From positions 8,990,001 through 9,054,000 of the forward strand of contig NC_058368.1 in assembly GCF_018350175.1 (NCBI RefSeq): a stretch of 64,000 nucleotides of DNA, read 5' to 3'. Of this stretch, positions 23,176 through 36,092 are shown one piece after another (the stretch's first letter is position 1; every line of letters begins with the position of its first letter). The notes beneath the pieces were generated by a model. That model was given only the letters and a program-made list of their open reading frames with translations. It was not told where the DNA came from and ran no database searches. A program made the translations under genes and the position numbers. Origin of the DNA: Felis catus. Its lineage: Eukaryota.

Positions 23176-25849
23176 CATATTTCTCCATTCGTGACACATA
23201 TTACATTTCATCTTAAGTAATTGTTGAGTTGTCTATCTTCCCCCAGCTAGGCTGAAATTCCATAGAGGCAAGGCTCTGCCCTACCTGTCGCTGTTACGTA
23301 ACGGCAAAGTTTAGGATCTGCCAGGTGTACATAGGGCCGAAGCTAGGTCCTCGAAGCCTGTCTTGTTCTCTCTGCCTCACAGGTTTTCTCCCGGCTGTGT
23401 TTTCTGCCACATCTCTCCTTCAAGAGGACTCCAGTAGGGTCTGCTCGCATCACTTGCCCGAGCGTATGCACCTTTCACTGATTGCAGTGGAGTGGCATTC
23501 TCTTGTGGGCTAGCCTGGGTCACACGAATACCTGTGTGGCCTGGGGACAATGCGGGGAGAGGGCCGATTGGTGGTTCCACTAGTATCACAGCAATAAAGG
23601 GGCAGTTCCCAAAGGAAAGGAATGTGAGCAGACAAAAAAGAAACCGGTGTCCACTATCTATTCCCGCTCCCCTACTTGCTCAGATGTGTCCCAACCCATT
23701 CCCAGAGTGCCCAGAGGGGTCTATACCTTGCGTTCTTAATTGCCACATCTCCCATCTGGCCCCCGGGGAGCTCCCCAGCCACATCTGTCCTGTGCTCCAA
23801 GCTTGTCCCGGGTGGAGAAAATATGCCTAACGTCCAGTTGCGCTAATTCTGACACACAGCTGCACAAACCACACACCAGTGCTGCCCTGTGCTGCCACTG
23901 CATGGACAGACCTGTCATGTGTTGCCCCTTCTTTTAATTAGTCTCTTCTTCCATGAAACCCCGGGAACGAGACGTAAGGATAGTGAACAACCCGCCTATC
24001 ATGAGAAACGTCCTCCTTCTTTCATACTGGCTTTGAACCAAACTTGTGAACGTGCACTTTCTCTCCTTAGTCTGAGCTCCATCCCAGAAGCTTCCTTCGT
24101 CTCATGCCAATAGGCTTCAGGCGCACCAACCCCACATTCCCACTAGATCAAGCTGAGTCACTGAGCATAGCATACAGCTGGGATCACTGCTGTGCTTTTG
24201 TCTTTTGTTTTTGTTTTTTTCAAGAGGAATTTCCAGAAGAATATTTTATTCTTACTAGATTTCCTATTTAAGTGTCACCAGACAGATTTATTTGTTAGTT
24301 ATCCTGAACGGCTTTTACCCCACCATTGAGCAACTGTCAGATTGGCTGGGCGGTGTTCTAATCTGTTGTCACAGAAACAAAAAGTATCCATGTCTCTTCT
24401 TGGAATTTTCTTTCCTTGGGGAGGAGGGGGTAGCAGGAATGTTTTGATTTGTATATCTCTGTTCCCATGTAATAATCTTAAGTTTTTAAAACCCTGTCCA
24501 TAAAACATTGATGTCACAGTTAATGTAACTGTTGACTTACTAATGGACTGTGGGCAGAACCGTGTTCAAGCCAAAGAGAAATACTTTGATTGAGTCTACA
24601 GTGACCAAAGTATGTTTGCAGTGGTGTCTGACCTGTCTCTACCAAAACTTTCTTCCCGTTCGTGGGACATACTGTCAATGAAAGGGAACGATAATATGCA
24701 ATTAGATGTTGGCAGATACTCTGGGCAGTATTTCAATACGCTTTTACACTCTTGCACCCATAATGAGCAAACGAGCACGTAGACTCACGTTGTGGCCGGG
24801 TGCCCATTCTCCCACCTAACACGCGTTCTCTTTTCCTGCCTTCCAACATATGTCATCACTACCCCCTAATCTGTGCATCTTTCCTCCCAGTAGACCTCAT
24901 TCAGTCCCACTCATTTCCAGCATTGATTTCCATCTATCTGCCCATCGCAAATAACCACTCAGGAAACAGCAACTCAGGAGCCCTGCCCTCCAACGTACAC
25001 ACACATTCCCTCACAATGAGCCAACCTTTCCAAACTGACATTAGCATTGTAACCAACATAAGGAAATGAAACAGGTAATTTAAAAATCCTTGTTTATCTC
25101 TTGCAATTACAACCCGTTGTTTTTCTGGTGTTGAAAATTACCTATAGGCAAAGAATCAAGGTCTAACGCAAACACTTGTCAGATTACACCAACGATAATT
25201 GAGAGAAATGGATGACATTAATTCTGACAGTAAATCTGTCGTATTGCTTTGTCTTGGGTAGCAGAGAGTATAACAGTACGGACATCTCCAGTTTTGCACA
25301 TTCCTTCGTGTGTGGTACACACTTCATAACAATGGACCAGTTATCCTGGCCACAGGCTAGTGCCTGGGGAAAGGTGGGTTGCTGATCGATACAAGCTGGA
25401 ATGTGTGTGTCCGCTTGCCTTCAGAGCGTCCCAGAACCCTGACGCCCATGCTGGAAACTTTTCCTGTGTTTCTTCCACTCTAAAAACAGCAAAAGGACAT
25501 ATATTTTCCTTGTTCTTTGCCAAGTAATTCAACAAAGAAGTCTCTTAGGATACTAATAGAAGATAATTGATTATATGTGCATTTTAGCTGGGGCCTCCTC
25601 GAGAAATGCTTTAAACAAAATAAGGCTCACTGTTTACTTATACCTTCTAAGCACGATTGATATAAGCACCATGCTATTTGACTCTCAAAGAAATTCCACA
25701 AGATGAAGATTATAATTTTCTCTCCTGAAGAAGAGAAAACTAAATGTTTAAATGGTTTGTCCAAAAGGCCTCACAGCCTCACCCCAGCTCCTTCACCACA
25801 CTATGTGGCCCTAAGAGAAACTTGCTGCTGCCTGCAATCGCATACTTGG

Positions 25850-26209
25850 CAGAAAAAGGTATTTGAAGAAATAATGGCAAAAAAAATCCCTGAATTTGAT
25901 GAAAAATACTTATTTATAGGTCCAAGAAGCCCAGCAAACTAGAAATGGGACAAATACAAAGAAAAACACACTACCTCGCCAAACTGCAGAAATTCAAAGA
26001 GAAATTCTTTAAGGCAGCCAGAGGGGATGAGGGAAGAAATCTCACAAACACAAGAAAAAAACATGGATTTTCATCAGAAACATTGGAGGCCAGAACGCAA
26101 TGGGTGACATTTTAGGAAACAAATAAATAAACAACCCCCCCCCCCAAATAGCCAATCCAGAATTCTGTATTCAGCAAAAAATATCCTAGGGTTGAAAGAA
26201 AGACAATTT

Positions 26210-26245
<36 letters not shown>

Positions 26246-26580
26246 TTTTATTTTTGAGACAGAGAGAGACAGAGCATGAGCGGGGGAGGGTCAGAGAGAG
26301 AGGGAGACACAGAATCAGAAACAGGCTCCAGGCTCTGAGCCATCAGCCCAGAGCCCGACGCGGGGCTCGAACTCACGGACGGCGAGATCGTGACCTGAGC
26401 TGAAGTCGGACGCTTAACCGACTGTGCCACCCAGGTGCCCCAGAAAGACAATTTTCTAATGAATGAGAATTGAAAGAATTTGTTGCCAGCAGACTTGCTC
26501 TAGCATTTCTCAACACTAAAGATGTTCTTTGGGCTGAAGGGAAATTATAATGGATTGAGGCCTGAATCTACAGGAAGGAA
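25850..26580 (+). mobile_element. Old L1 ORF1 fragment interrupted by a SINE
   Basis: KKVFEEIMAK..PEF peptide; TCATCAGAAAC..GGAGGCCAGA; CCAGAATTCTGTATTCAGCAAAA. Confidence 0.75.
26213..26441 (-). mobile_element. Young SINEC_Fc with long homopolymer tail
   Basis: Perfect TSD AGAAAGACAATTTTCT; long T run. Confidence 0.97.
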
Positions 26581-28108
26581 AGCATCCTGTCATAATGCTT
26601 TTACCAGGTTATTAGACACATTTCTGATACCTGGAGGCAGCATTTTGAGTGGGGAAATAAGTGAGTTAGGGGAAAAAAAGCAGAAACTAAAATATTTTAG
26701 AGTTACAAAGCAATGTCATATGTCATAAGGACAGAGGAATCTTTTCTCTTTTTTATACTGTTGAGGATTTTTCCCTAGGTGATAGTTCTCTAATTCTATG
26801 ACTTTTGCCATACAAACTTTCTATTTTTATCTAATTATTTTTCCTCATGTTATGTCTCCAGTTGCTTTTGTTTTCAGAAAGGTTTTCTTGACCAGGGACT
26901 GTGAGTCACTCACACAATATATGATTTTACAACTGCTTTTATAGACAATTATTTCACTTATCCCAGATTTATCAAATGTGTGCAATAAAGGGAGAATATA
27001 GACCTCCCCCACCGCATAATCTGTTTACATTTGTTGAATAATGCACCCCTTTACCATTGACTCATGACAAGTTCTCCGTTATATATTAAGCTTATGTTTT
27101 ATAGGGTCTACTTCTGAGCCATTCAGGCTCTTACATTTATTTATTATTAATTATGTATATACCATTTCCTTTAGACAGCTTTATGATATAGCTCAATATC
27201 AAGCAGGTAAATTCTTCCCTCTTCCTATTTCTCAATTTCTTCCTCTTCACATGAATTTATTCTTAGAATTATTTCACCACATTTCTTTCCTGCCACACAC
27301 ATAACTCTGGAATGTTGAATGGAATTTCTTTTAAACTACAAATTAATTTGAGAAGAATTTGTACCTTTGCTGTGGTCCATTTTACCACTAGGAATGTAAA
27401 ATATCTCTTATCTTAATTAAGGCTCAGGCAATGAAATAAAGCTGAGAGCCTGCTAAAATGAGCAAATATAAAAGGAGACACTCCCTCCTGCATTCAAATG
27501 GGACCCAAGGGAAATATTCTGTCTGTGTTAAGGTGAAAAAGAAATAAAAACCAACATGCATTAAGAAACAATGGAGAAACCTTGACCTTGCTGTTCACTG
27601 AAGGGGTAAAAGTCTCTCTTGAGAATTCATAATTTTAGTCTACTCCCCACATAAATTTCGGTACAAGTTTATACTACCTAGGAGTCTGAACAACCTCAAG
27701 CCAGAAATAAATTTAAAGTAGTCCCAAATTAGCAGTGCCTTCCAGGTGCTGGTAAAAGTCAAGACAAATCCTTTCCAAAGGAACTCAACCAAAAGCCCAA
27801 ATAATTCCCACAGACAAGTGTATAAGGAAAATAGGAAATTCGTAATAATAATTTAAAAACTAAGCAGAGAAGAAAGCCACCATTAGTGAAAGGAGTAGTA
27901 AAAGTGATGATTGAAACTGATATACGAAAACTTCAAATACAGAAATATCACATTCAGAATAACAAATAGTCATATTTAATGTTATTAAATAAAATGAAAT
28001 AAAAGTCTGAAAAACACGGAAACTCTAAAAATGAAAAACGTAACCACTGAAACTAAAGACTCAATTGATAGTATCCATAGGATGACTATTATTAAAAACA
28101 AACAAACA

Positions 28109-28318
28109 TGGGGCACCTGGGTGGCTCAGTTGGTTAAGCGTCCAACTCTTGGTGTCAGCTCAGGTCAAGATCCCACGGTTTGTGAGTTCAAGCCCCATAC
28201 TGGGCTACGTGCTGGCAGTGTAGAGCCTACTTGGGATTCTCCCTCTCTCTGACCCTCCCCCACGCACTCTCCAACCCCCCCCCCCACCAAATAAATAAAT
28301 AAACTTAAGAAAAAAAAC
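28109..28318 (+). mobile_element. Can-SINE
   Basis: Typical structure. Confidence 0.93.
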
Positions 28319-28321
28319 AAG

Positions 28322-30062
28322 GAGCAAATAACAAGTGTTGGCAAGGATAAAGAAATTGAAACCGTCTTGTACTGTTGGTAGGAATGTAACACGGTGCAGC
28401 TGCTCTAGAAAACAGACTGATAGTTCCTCAAAATATGAGACATAGAATTACCATATGAGGGGCGCCTGGGTGGCTCAGTCAGTTAAGCATTGAATTCCTG
28501 ATTTTGGCCCAGGTCATGATCTTATGGTTTATGAGTTCAAGTCCCACATCGGGCTCTGTGCTGACAGTGCAGGATCTGCTTGGAATTCTTTCTCACCTTT
28601 TCTCTCTCTCCTCCTGCCTCACTTGTGCATACTCTCTCTCTCAAAAATAAATAACAAATAAACTTTAAAAAATAAAAAAAAATAATTACCATATGATCCA
28701 GCAATTCAATTTCTGGGTATATAACCCGCAAAAATGAAAACTAGGGTCTCAAACAGATATTTGTACACAAATGTTCATAGCAGCATTATTGTCAGTAGCC
28801 AAAAGATAGAAATAAGCCAAGTGTCCAGTAACAAGCCAAGTATCCAATATCCAACAAGATAAATAAAATGCAGTACGTACATATAATAGAATATTCATCA
28901 GCTATAAAAAAGAAGGAAAGTCTGATACTAAACAATAAGTCAATGAAGAAATAAAGAAAAACACCGCAAGACAAATTAAAATGAAAATACAACAGTTCAA
29001 AGCCTATGGGACCCAGCAAGAGCAGTTCTAAGAGGGAAGTTTATAGCAATACATACCCACCGCAAGAAAAATCTCAAATGATCTAGCCTTATACCTAAAG
29101 GAACTAAAAAAGAAAAACAAAGCCCAAAATTAGTAGAAGGAAGGAAATAATAAAGATTAAAATAGGAATAAATGAAACAGAGACTAAAAAAGTAGAAAAA
29201 AATCGATGAAACTAAAAGATGGTTCTTTGAAAAGACAAAAATTTGATAAACCTTTAGCCAGACTCATCAAGAAAGAGAGAGGGCCAAAATAAAATCAGAA
29301 ATGAAAGAGAAGTTACAATTGATACCCCAGAAATACAAAGGATAAGAGACTACTATGAATGATTATATGCCAACGAATTGGAAAACCTACAAGAAATAGA
29401 TAAATTCTTAGAAACATAGTTTTCCAAGACTGAATCAGGAAGAAAGAAAATTTGAACAGACTGATTATTAGCAATGAAATTGAATCAGTAATTTAAAAAA
29501 ACTCAACAAAGTCCAGGACTTTTCACAAGTGAATCCTACCAAAAATTTAAATACTTAATGCCTATCCTTCTCAAACTATTCCAAATAAATAGAAGGAATG
29601 CTTCTAAACTCATTCTACAAGGCCAGAATTACCCTGATACTAAAACTAAAGAGATACCACAAAAAAATATTACAGGTCAATATCCCTGATGAGCATAGAT
29701 GCAAAAGTCTGCAACAAAATATTAGCAAACCAAATTCAAAAATACATTAAAAGGACCATACTCCATAATTAAATGGGATTATTCCAGATATGCAAGGATG
29801 GTTCAATATCTGCAAATCAATCAATGTGATACAATACGTTAACAAAATGAAAGATAAAAATTCATAAGATCTCAATAGATGCAAAAAAAGCATTTGACAA
29901 AATTCAACATCTATTTATGATAAAAACTCTCAATAAAGTGGATTTTTAGAGGGAACATACTTCAACATAATAAAGACCATAAATGACAAACCCACAGCTA
30001 ACATCATACTTAATGGTGAAAAGCTAAAAGCTTTTCCTCTAAAATCAGGAACAAGACAAGGA
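28322..30062 (+). mobile_element. LINE-1 ORF2 fragments (C-terminal piece, then EN/RT-region piece)
   Basis: CAATATCCCTGATGAGCATAGATGCAAAA, ATGCAAGGATGGTTCAATAT, GCATTTGACAAAATTCAACA, AAACCCACAGCTAACATCATACTTAATGGTGAAA. Confidence 0.9.
28459..28682 (+). mobile_element. Can-SINE inside L1
   Basis: TSD AATTACCATATGA. Confidence 0.93.
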
Positions 30063-30069
30063 AAAAGAA

Positions 30070-30450
30070 GCCTTAAGGGCAGAACTTTTCAGCAAGCTGA
30101 GAAACACATCAAATAGTGGCAGTTCTCAGGGGATGGTCCTTTGGGGGGCTCATTTTATCCCCTCTAGTAGCTGCTAGGCTGCTGCTTTTCAGAGCTATTT
30201 TATTTAGTTTTCAAGGCCACTGAACAGCTAGGGAGATGTAAATGGGATTAGGTCAAGTTGAAATGTCACAAGATCACTCCATTTACTGAGATTCAGCTGT
30301 TTTTCTTGAATAAGCACTCATAAGATTGCTGAAGATTTTAATTTCCAGAGTTTTGGGGAAAAGTTGATTTTGACAGTTTTTGCCACTGTTCTTTGTTTTT
30401 CTGGAGGAGTAAAGGTTCAGAGGTCCTTAATTCCCTGTTCTGGAAGCTGC
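30070..30450 (-). mobile_element. Old L1 5' UTR fragment (L1MC/MD-like)
   Basis: GAAAAGTTGATTTTGACAGTTTTTGCCA..GGAGGAG..GAGGTCCTTA. Confidence 0.6.
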
Positions 30451-30528
30451 ATTCATAATAAGAGAGAGCATTATCTCTGCAAAGCTATTGTCTCCTGATC
30501 AATGACTACTACTAAACAAAAGACTTCT

Positions 30529-30695
30529 GGGACACCTGAGTGGCTCAGTCGGTTAAGTATCTGACTCTTGGTTTCGGCTCAGGTCATGATCTCACAGTTT
30601 GTGAGTTTGAGCCCAGCATTGGGCTCTGTGCTGAGAGCACAGAGCCTGCTTGGGATTCTCTGTCTCCCCTCTCTCTCTGCCTCTACCCAACTCAT
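30529..30695 (+). mobile_element. Can-SINE, tail lost
   Basis: Head and CT tract. Confidence 0.9.
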
Positions 30696-31104
30696 TGTAG
30701 CAAAAAAGGTCTACAACTAGATAAAACATAGAGGCACTGTAGGTCATAAAAGATCAAAAGCAGCTCTGGAAAACGGCCAGGAAAAAAGCCAGATTACCTA
30801 CAAAGAAATGTCAATGAGAGTAAAAGTTTATTTTTCAGTGACAGTAACATAGTGAATTATTTTCATTGTATTAAGAGACAATAAAGAAGCATCCACAAAG
30901 GCAACTTTTAAGGAAATATGGAAAACATGCCCCAGATGGAATTGTAATGTCTAGGACCAGAAGAAATTGTGAGAAAAGATACTGCTAAATAGACATAAAT
31001 ATAGATGGCATACAATAAAAAAAAAAAAAAGTAATACCCAATTTGGGGATGAGTGTAACAGACTAGAACTAAAATACTGAACACCTGGATGGGTGGTCAG
31101 GTTT

Positions 31105-31375
31105 GAGTGGTGCTTGGGTTAGAGAACAGATATTAGGGCCAGACTGCCTCAGTTGGAATCTTGACTCTGGTACTTATTATCTAGTACTTACTAATTTGCT
31201 TTGGACAACTAACCCACATCTCTGTATGTCTCTATACTTCTCTTAATATGAAGGTAGTATCAGTATTGAGCTCATCGGGTTATTGTGATGCTTAAATTAG
31301 TTGATATATGTAAACCATTTAGGACAATGCTTGATATAGAGCAAGTATATTGGCCATGAGTCTCAATAAAGCATT
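31105..31375 (+). mobile_element. MIR
   Basis: Degenerate MIR core and tail. Confidence 0.6.
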
Positions 31376-32328
31376 CTAAGGTCCTCGTATTGCCAGGTAA
31401 AAAAGCACAATCATGATGAGAGACTAACACAACTCTATTGACAGCAATAATCAAGAATATAAAAATACTATCGACAATCTTCTTTTAATTGATTCATTGC
31501 AAAACTTTGTACCCACCGAACTCCTAACACAGAGACTTAAAAAAAAATCCATTAGTTTCCAAGATAGTTTCAAGAAGTAGAAATTGAACACATTGAGGAA
31601 GGTGCTGCTAGTTGCCTTATCAATGATCAGCCTGCCATTCGTAGGCACGGAACACTGATTTCCTGGATAGTAGCAACGTGTGGAGCTAAGGCACTCACTC
31701 TCTCAGGTGTCTTTATGGCTAAATGTGGGCATATGACCTAGATCAGATCATTGGGATTCAAGTGGAAGTCATTGGGTTGGATTTCTGGGAAAGCTATCTT
31801 AACCTTTATGCCTTTAAAGCGAATATGCCTCCAACCAATATGTTTCTCGTCCTTTGGCTCTGGTGTGTGTGGGCACGTATCTTCAAAGCTCCTGCAAGCA
31901 GTTGATAACTCTACCTTAGTTCTTGCTTCTTGCTTGTGCAGAGCTTAAAGGTCAGCGAGAGGTGAGAACGTATGGCCTTCTCAGGTGTTCCTAAGAATGT
32001 GCACAACCCTAGGCCTGTACACAGCCTACATGTACACGTGCATGTAGCCTTTTAGGTTCACAGGAACAGGTAGGAGCTTGTCAATGCCGCTCCCCACCCC
32101 CGCCGCCCATGGACTTTATTTTAAATAATCTTTATTCAAGGACATTTCACTAAAAATTTCTATGACTTTAAAAATGGACTCTGATGAGTTGTTTCCTGAA
32201 ATTAGCCAAAAAGAACAACAAAGTAGATTTTCTATGTCACACATCAAAAGACTTTAAAACTACAGTAACTATAATAGGGTGCAATTATTGCTGACATATG
32301 TAGCATAATGGGGGAAAAAAGCCCAGAA

Positions 32329-32329
<1 letters not shown>

Positions 32330-32364
<35 letters not shown>
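32330..32364. repeat. (CA)n microsatellite
   Basis: Direct reading. Confidence 0.95.
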
Positions 32365-32366
<2 letters not shown>

Positions 32367-32558
32367 TTTGTATATTTTAAATCGTAGTTATATAAAACTA
32401 TAAAGGTGTTTAATAAGCTTAGCCTGGGGAAGGAATTTTTTGAGGACAAAAGGAAAACAAGAAAACATAAAGACAAATCTTGACAAGTTGACTATATAAA
32501 AGTTAAGCACTTTTTTATACCAAAGGGCATCACAAATGACATTAAAGACAACAGGCTG

Positions 32559-32781
32559 GGGGCGCCTGGGTGGCGCAGTCAGTTAAGCGTCGGACTTCAG
32601 CCAGGTCACGATCTCGCGGTCCGTGAGTTCGAGCCCCGCGTCAGGCTCTGAGCTGACGGCTCAGAGCCTGGAGCCTGTTTCCGATTCTGTGTCTCCCTCT
32701 CTCTCTGCCCCTCCCCCGTTCATGCTCTGTCTCTGTGTCCCAAAAATAAATAAAACGTTGAAAAAAAATTAAAAAAAAAAA
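32559..32781 (+). mobile_element. Young SINEC_Fc
   Basis: CpG-rich; perfect TSD AAAGACAACAGGCTG. Confidence 0.97.
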
Positions 32782-33449
32782 AAAGACAACAGGCTGAGTG
32801 GCAATTCTTGTAAAATATGCAACAGAAATTCAAATGAAATAATTGGATCCTACTTTGAACACGTTAGATCCGCAAAAGAAAAAATTTCAGAGATTGGTAG
32901 TGCCGTGTTAATGTGGACGTGAAGACAATCCGTCTCTTTCACTGCTAGGGAGAGTGCAGATTGTTTGGGGGGGGGGGGCAATTTGCAGGATCTAATATAA
33001 TCTTAAATGCGTGTCACTTGAACGCTAACCCACATTTGCACCGAATATTCTGTGCTGCAGAATATTCACATGCGCACAAAGGTGGATATGCATGAAGCTG
33101 TTTATTCAGTACTGCTTGTGACAGTCACCAGCAGGGAACTTGAATGTCCACCAGTACTGTGTGTAGAGCGGGAGAGAGGGAAGGAGTTACAGAAAGAAAA
33201 CAAAAAAGGGACTTCAATAAAGATTCAAATGGCTTTACCGTGTTTTGGGGCAATGAACTTTTTTTCTCTATTACTTTTTTTTTTTTTTTTTTGGTGACCC
33301 AGAATGATGACATAACGACTTGGCATCATGGGCAACTATACCACAAGAGAGACTCCTATCTTGCATCGAATATACTTCTATGTGATTTACATTTTTCAAG
33401 CGATTTGAAAACAACAAAATAGCAAGCTACAGAGCTGCGTATAGGTTCC

Positions 33450-34050
33450 CAATGGGGTAAAAAGAACTCCGCGGAAACAGATACACATTTGTTCGCCTAC
33501 ACCTGTCTGAGAAAAACACACAAGCGTTACCGGTGGCTGCCTCCTGGGAGGGTGGGGAGGTGGCGGGCGACGGAGCGGAGGGCTTTGCGCACGTGGGCTG
33601 CACTTCCGGCGGACGTTTCCACGAGGTATGTTTCACTGCTGAAATTAAAAAAAAAAAAACCGAAAACGAATAAAATAACAAACACACGGCCACAAAGGGA
33701 ACGGCGGTCGCCCCGAAGCTCAGAAGGAAGGCCAGGAGGTCTTTCAAGACCGGGGAAGCGTGAGCAGGCAGGCGTGACCGCAAAGGCCGCAGAGAGCATG
33801 GTGACGTGATGACGTAGTGACGCAGGGGGCGCTGAGCTCCGTCTGCGAGCGCGGGCAGGGCATGCGCTCAAGGTCCGGGGGAGGGGGGGAGGGGACGTCG
33901 AGGAAGAGACGTGATCGACGAGGCAGAGCGTGACATGGTGTGTCCGGGAGACGGGAGACAAAAGTTGGCTTCCCGCTGGAAGAACGCGGAGCAGGTACTG
34001 AATAAATACCACCGGGGGGTGAATGAAGGTGTTCTCATTTTTAGGCGTGT
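33450..34050. promoter_or_regulatory. Orphan CpG-rich promoter/enhancer-like element
   Basis: Local CpG enrichment; TGACG three times at 8-bp period (33802-33825), ETS CACTTCCGG (33601-33609), E-box CACGTG (33590-33595), NRF1-like GCATGCGC (33860-33867). Confidence 0.55.
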
Positions 34051-34123
34051 ACCCCTAAACTATGTGGGTGATTCTACTTCTGTGAAAAACAGAACAGCGT
34101 TCTTCAGTTGGAAACATTCTTTA

Positions 34124-34335
34124 GGGGCGCCTGGGTGGCTCAGTGGGTGAAGTGTCCGACTTGGGCTTAGGTCGTGATCTCACGGTGTGTGAGTTCGAGC
34201 CCTGCCTTGGGCTCTGTGCTGATGGCTCAGAGCCTGGAGCCTGCTTCGGATTCTGTGTCTCCCCCTTTCTCTGCCCCTCCGCCGCTCATGCTCTTGTCTC
34301 TCTCTTCTCAAAAATAAATTTTTTAAAAAAGAAAA
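34124..34335 (+). mobile_element. Can-SINE
   Basis: Typical structure. Confidence 0.93.
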
Positions 34336-34904
34336 GAAATGTTCTTTACACCCTGCCCCTAGGCCTGCCACCTATGCCTCGGCTCCTGTGTGATTCCTAA
34401 TGAATGACCCTTGGAGGCCGTTGCATCTCTTTATCTCTAGTATTTTATAGTTCTGCCGCAGGGCTGGGGATCTAACGTTTGCCAGAGGACAGAGCGGATG
34501 GTGTGAGAGAAGAGAAATGTGTATCTGATAAATTCAACTGTGATATTAACGTGATATTACTTTGAAGGAGACTGACGTGAGAAAATCGCCTGGTCAACAT
34601 GCTATTTGTATAAAATACCCTTAAAAACCCACACAAAAATCTGTACAGTCTCTCTGGACGTGACACAGAAAAAAATCGCAAGGATGCGTGCTGAGTTAAA
34701 ACCAAGTAAACTGGAAGGAATTTGTGTTTGGGGGGAGAGAGACGTCATATACCTTGGACTTAAGAACAGCCAGGCTCTTGCTGAAGGAGACACATGTGGT
34801 ATCTATTGTGCTGTGTCGCTGCTTATTCCCCGTGAGTAAGATTAAATAATTATTTTCTTTGCTCTTCAAAATTCCTCTCTGGTTGTTCTTTTTTTCTGGT
34901 GCAG

Positions 34905-34980
34905 CTGGCCAGCATATTCTGATCCACAGAAAGCGATACTGGGGGCCACGTCTTCCTTGCCCACTGCCTTCTCCGCACAG
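34905..34980 (+). other. Candidate 76-nt non-coding exon
   Basis: Long polypyrimidine tract ending TGCAG| and strong donor CAG|GTGAGT at 34981. Confidence 0.35.
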
Positions 34981-35196
34981 GTGAGTGGCTTTGAAGTTTC
35001 GGGCCACGAGGTCATAAAGCTCACTAAGCTAGACCTATTTCTCGGAAGATACATATGTCATGGCAGCTTCTTAGGTGGCTGGCTTTTATACACAGCTGTG
35101 CGGTTTGGGGACCATTTTGCTCTCGCACCTGTCATCCTGTCCAACCAGAAACAGTCCTACCTTGATTCTCAAAGTGAACAATTTGCGGTTTTAAAT

Positions 35197-35420
35197 TGGG
35201 TGGCTCAGTTGGTGGCTCAGTTGGTGGCTCAGTTGGTTAAGCGGTCGGCTCTTGATTTCAGCTCAGGTCATGATCTCACGGTTTGTGAGATCGAGCCCTG
35301 TGTGGGGCTCTGCCGTGGAGCCTGCTTGGGACTCTCGGGACTCTCTCTCTCCCTGTCTCTCTGCCCCTCCCTCTCTCTCACTCTGTCTCAAAATCAATAA
35401 TAAGATAAACATTTAAAAAA
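35197..35420 (+). mobile_element. Can-SINE with triplicated A-box segment
   Basis: (GGTGGCTCAGTT)x3 at 35199-35234, then a normal body. Confidence 0.92.
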
Positions 35421-35624
35421 TATAATAGGGAAAGCTAAAAAATAAAACCGACATGAGAAGAAGTCAGTGAGATTTCATTAAATATATCTGGATGTTAGTG
35501 CACATCAAAGCACCAAATATTTGAGATGCCTCCTGTGAGAACCAGTAAATATAACCAATGATCTTCATATGATGACATCATATTTCCAGAAATTTTGGGG
35601 TCATAGCAGATGATCTTTCTTTTC

Positions 35625-35842
35625 TAATTTTTTTTAATGTTTATTTATATTTGAGACAGAAAGAGTACACAAACGGGGAGGGGGGGAAGGGTCAGAGAGA
35701 GAGGGAGGCACAGAATCCGAAGCAGGCTCCAGGCTCTGAGCTGTAGGCACAGAGCCCGACGGGGGGCTCAAACCCACGAGCCGTGAGATCATGACCTGAG
35801 CCTAAGGCAGACGCTTAACCGGCTGAGCCACCCAGGTGCCCC
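35625..35842 (-). mobile_element. Can-SINE
   Basis: Typical structure. Confidence 0.95.
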
Positions 35843-35860
35843 AGACGGTCTTTCCTTTTA

Positions 35861-36092
35861 TTTATTTATTTATTTATTTATTTAAATTTTTTAATGTTTA
35901 TTTCTGAGAGACAGAGAGAGACAGAGTGTGAGTGGGGGAGGGGCAGAGAGAGAGGGAGACACAGAATCCAAAGGAGGCTCCAGGCTCTGAACTGTCGGCA
36001 CAGAGCCCGACGCGGGGCTCCAACTCACAAACCGCGAGATCATGACCTGAGCCGGAGTCGGACGCTTAACCGACTGAGCCCCCCAGGCACCT
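35861..36092 (-). mobile_element. Can-SINE
   Basis: Typical structure with (TTTA)n tail. Confidence 0.95.

Noticed and set aside
32025..32050. Short hairpin CTACATG..CATGTAG
   Set aside because: Short palindrome inside a decayed L1 5' fragment; no RNA-gene context.
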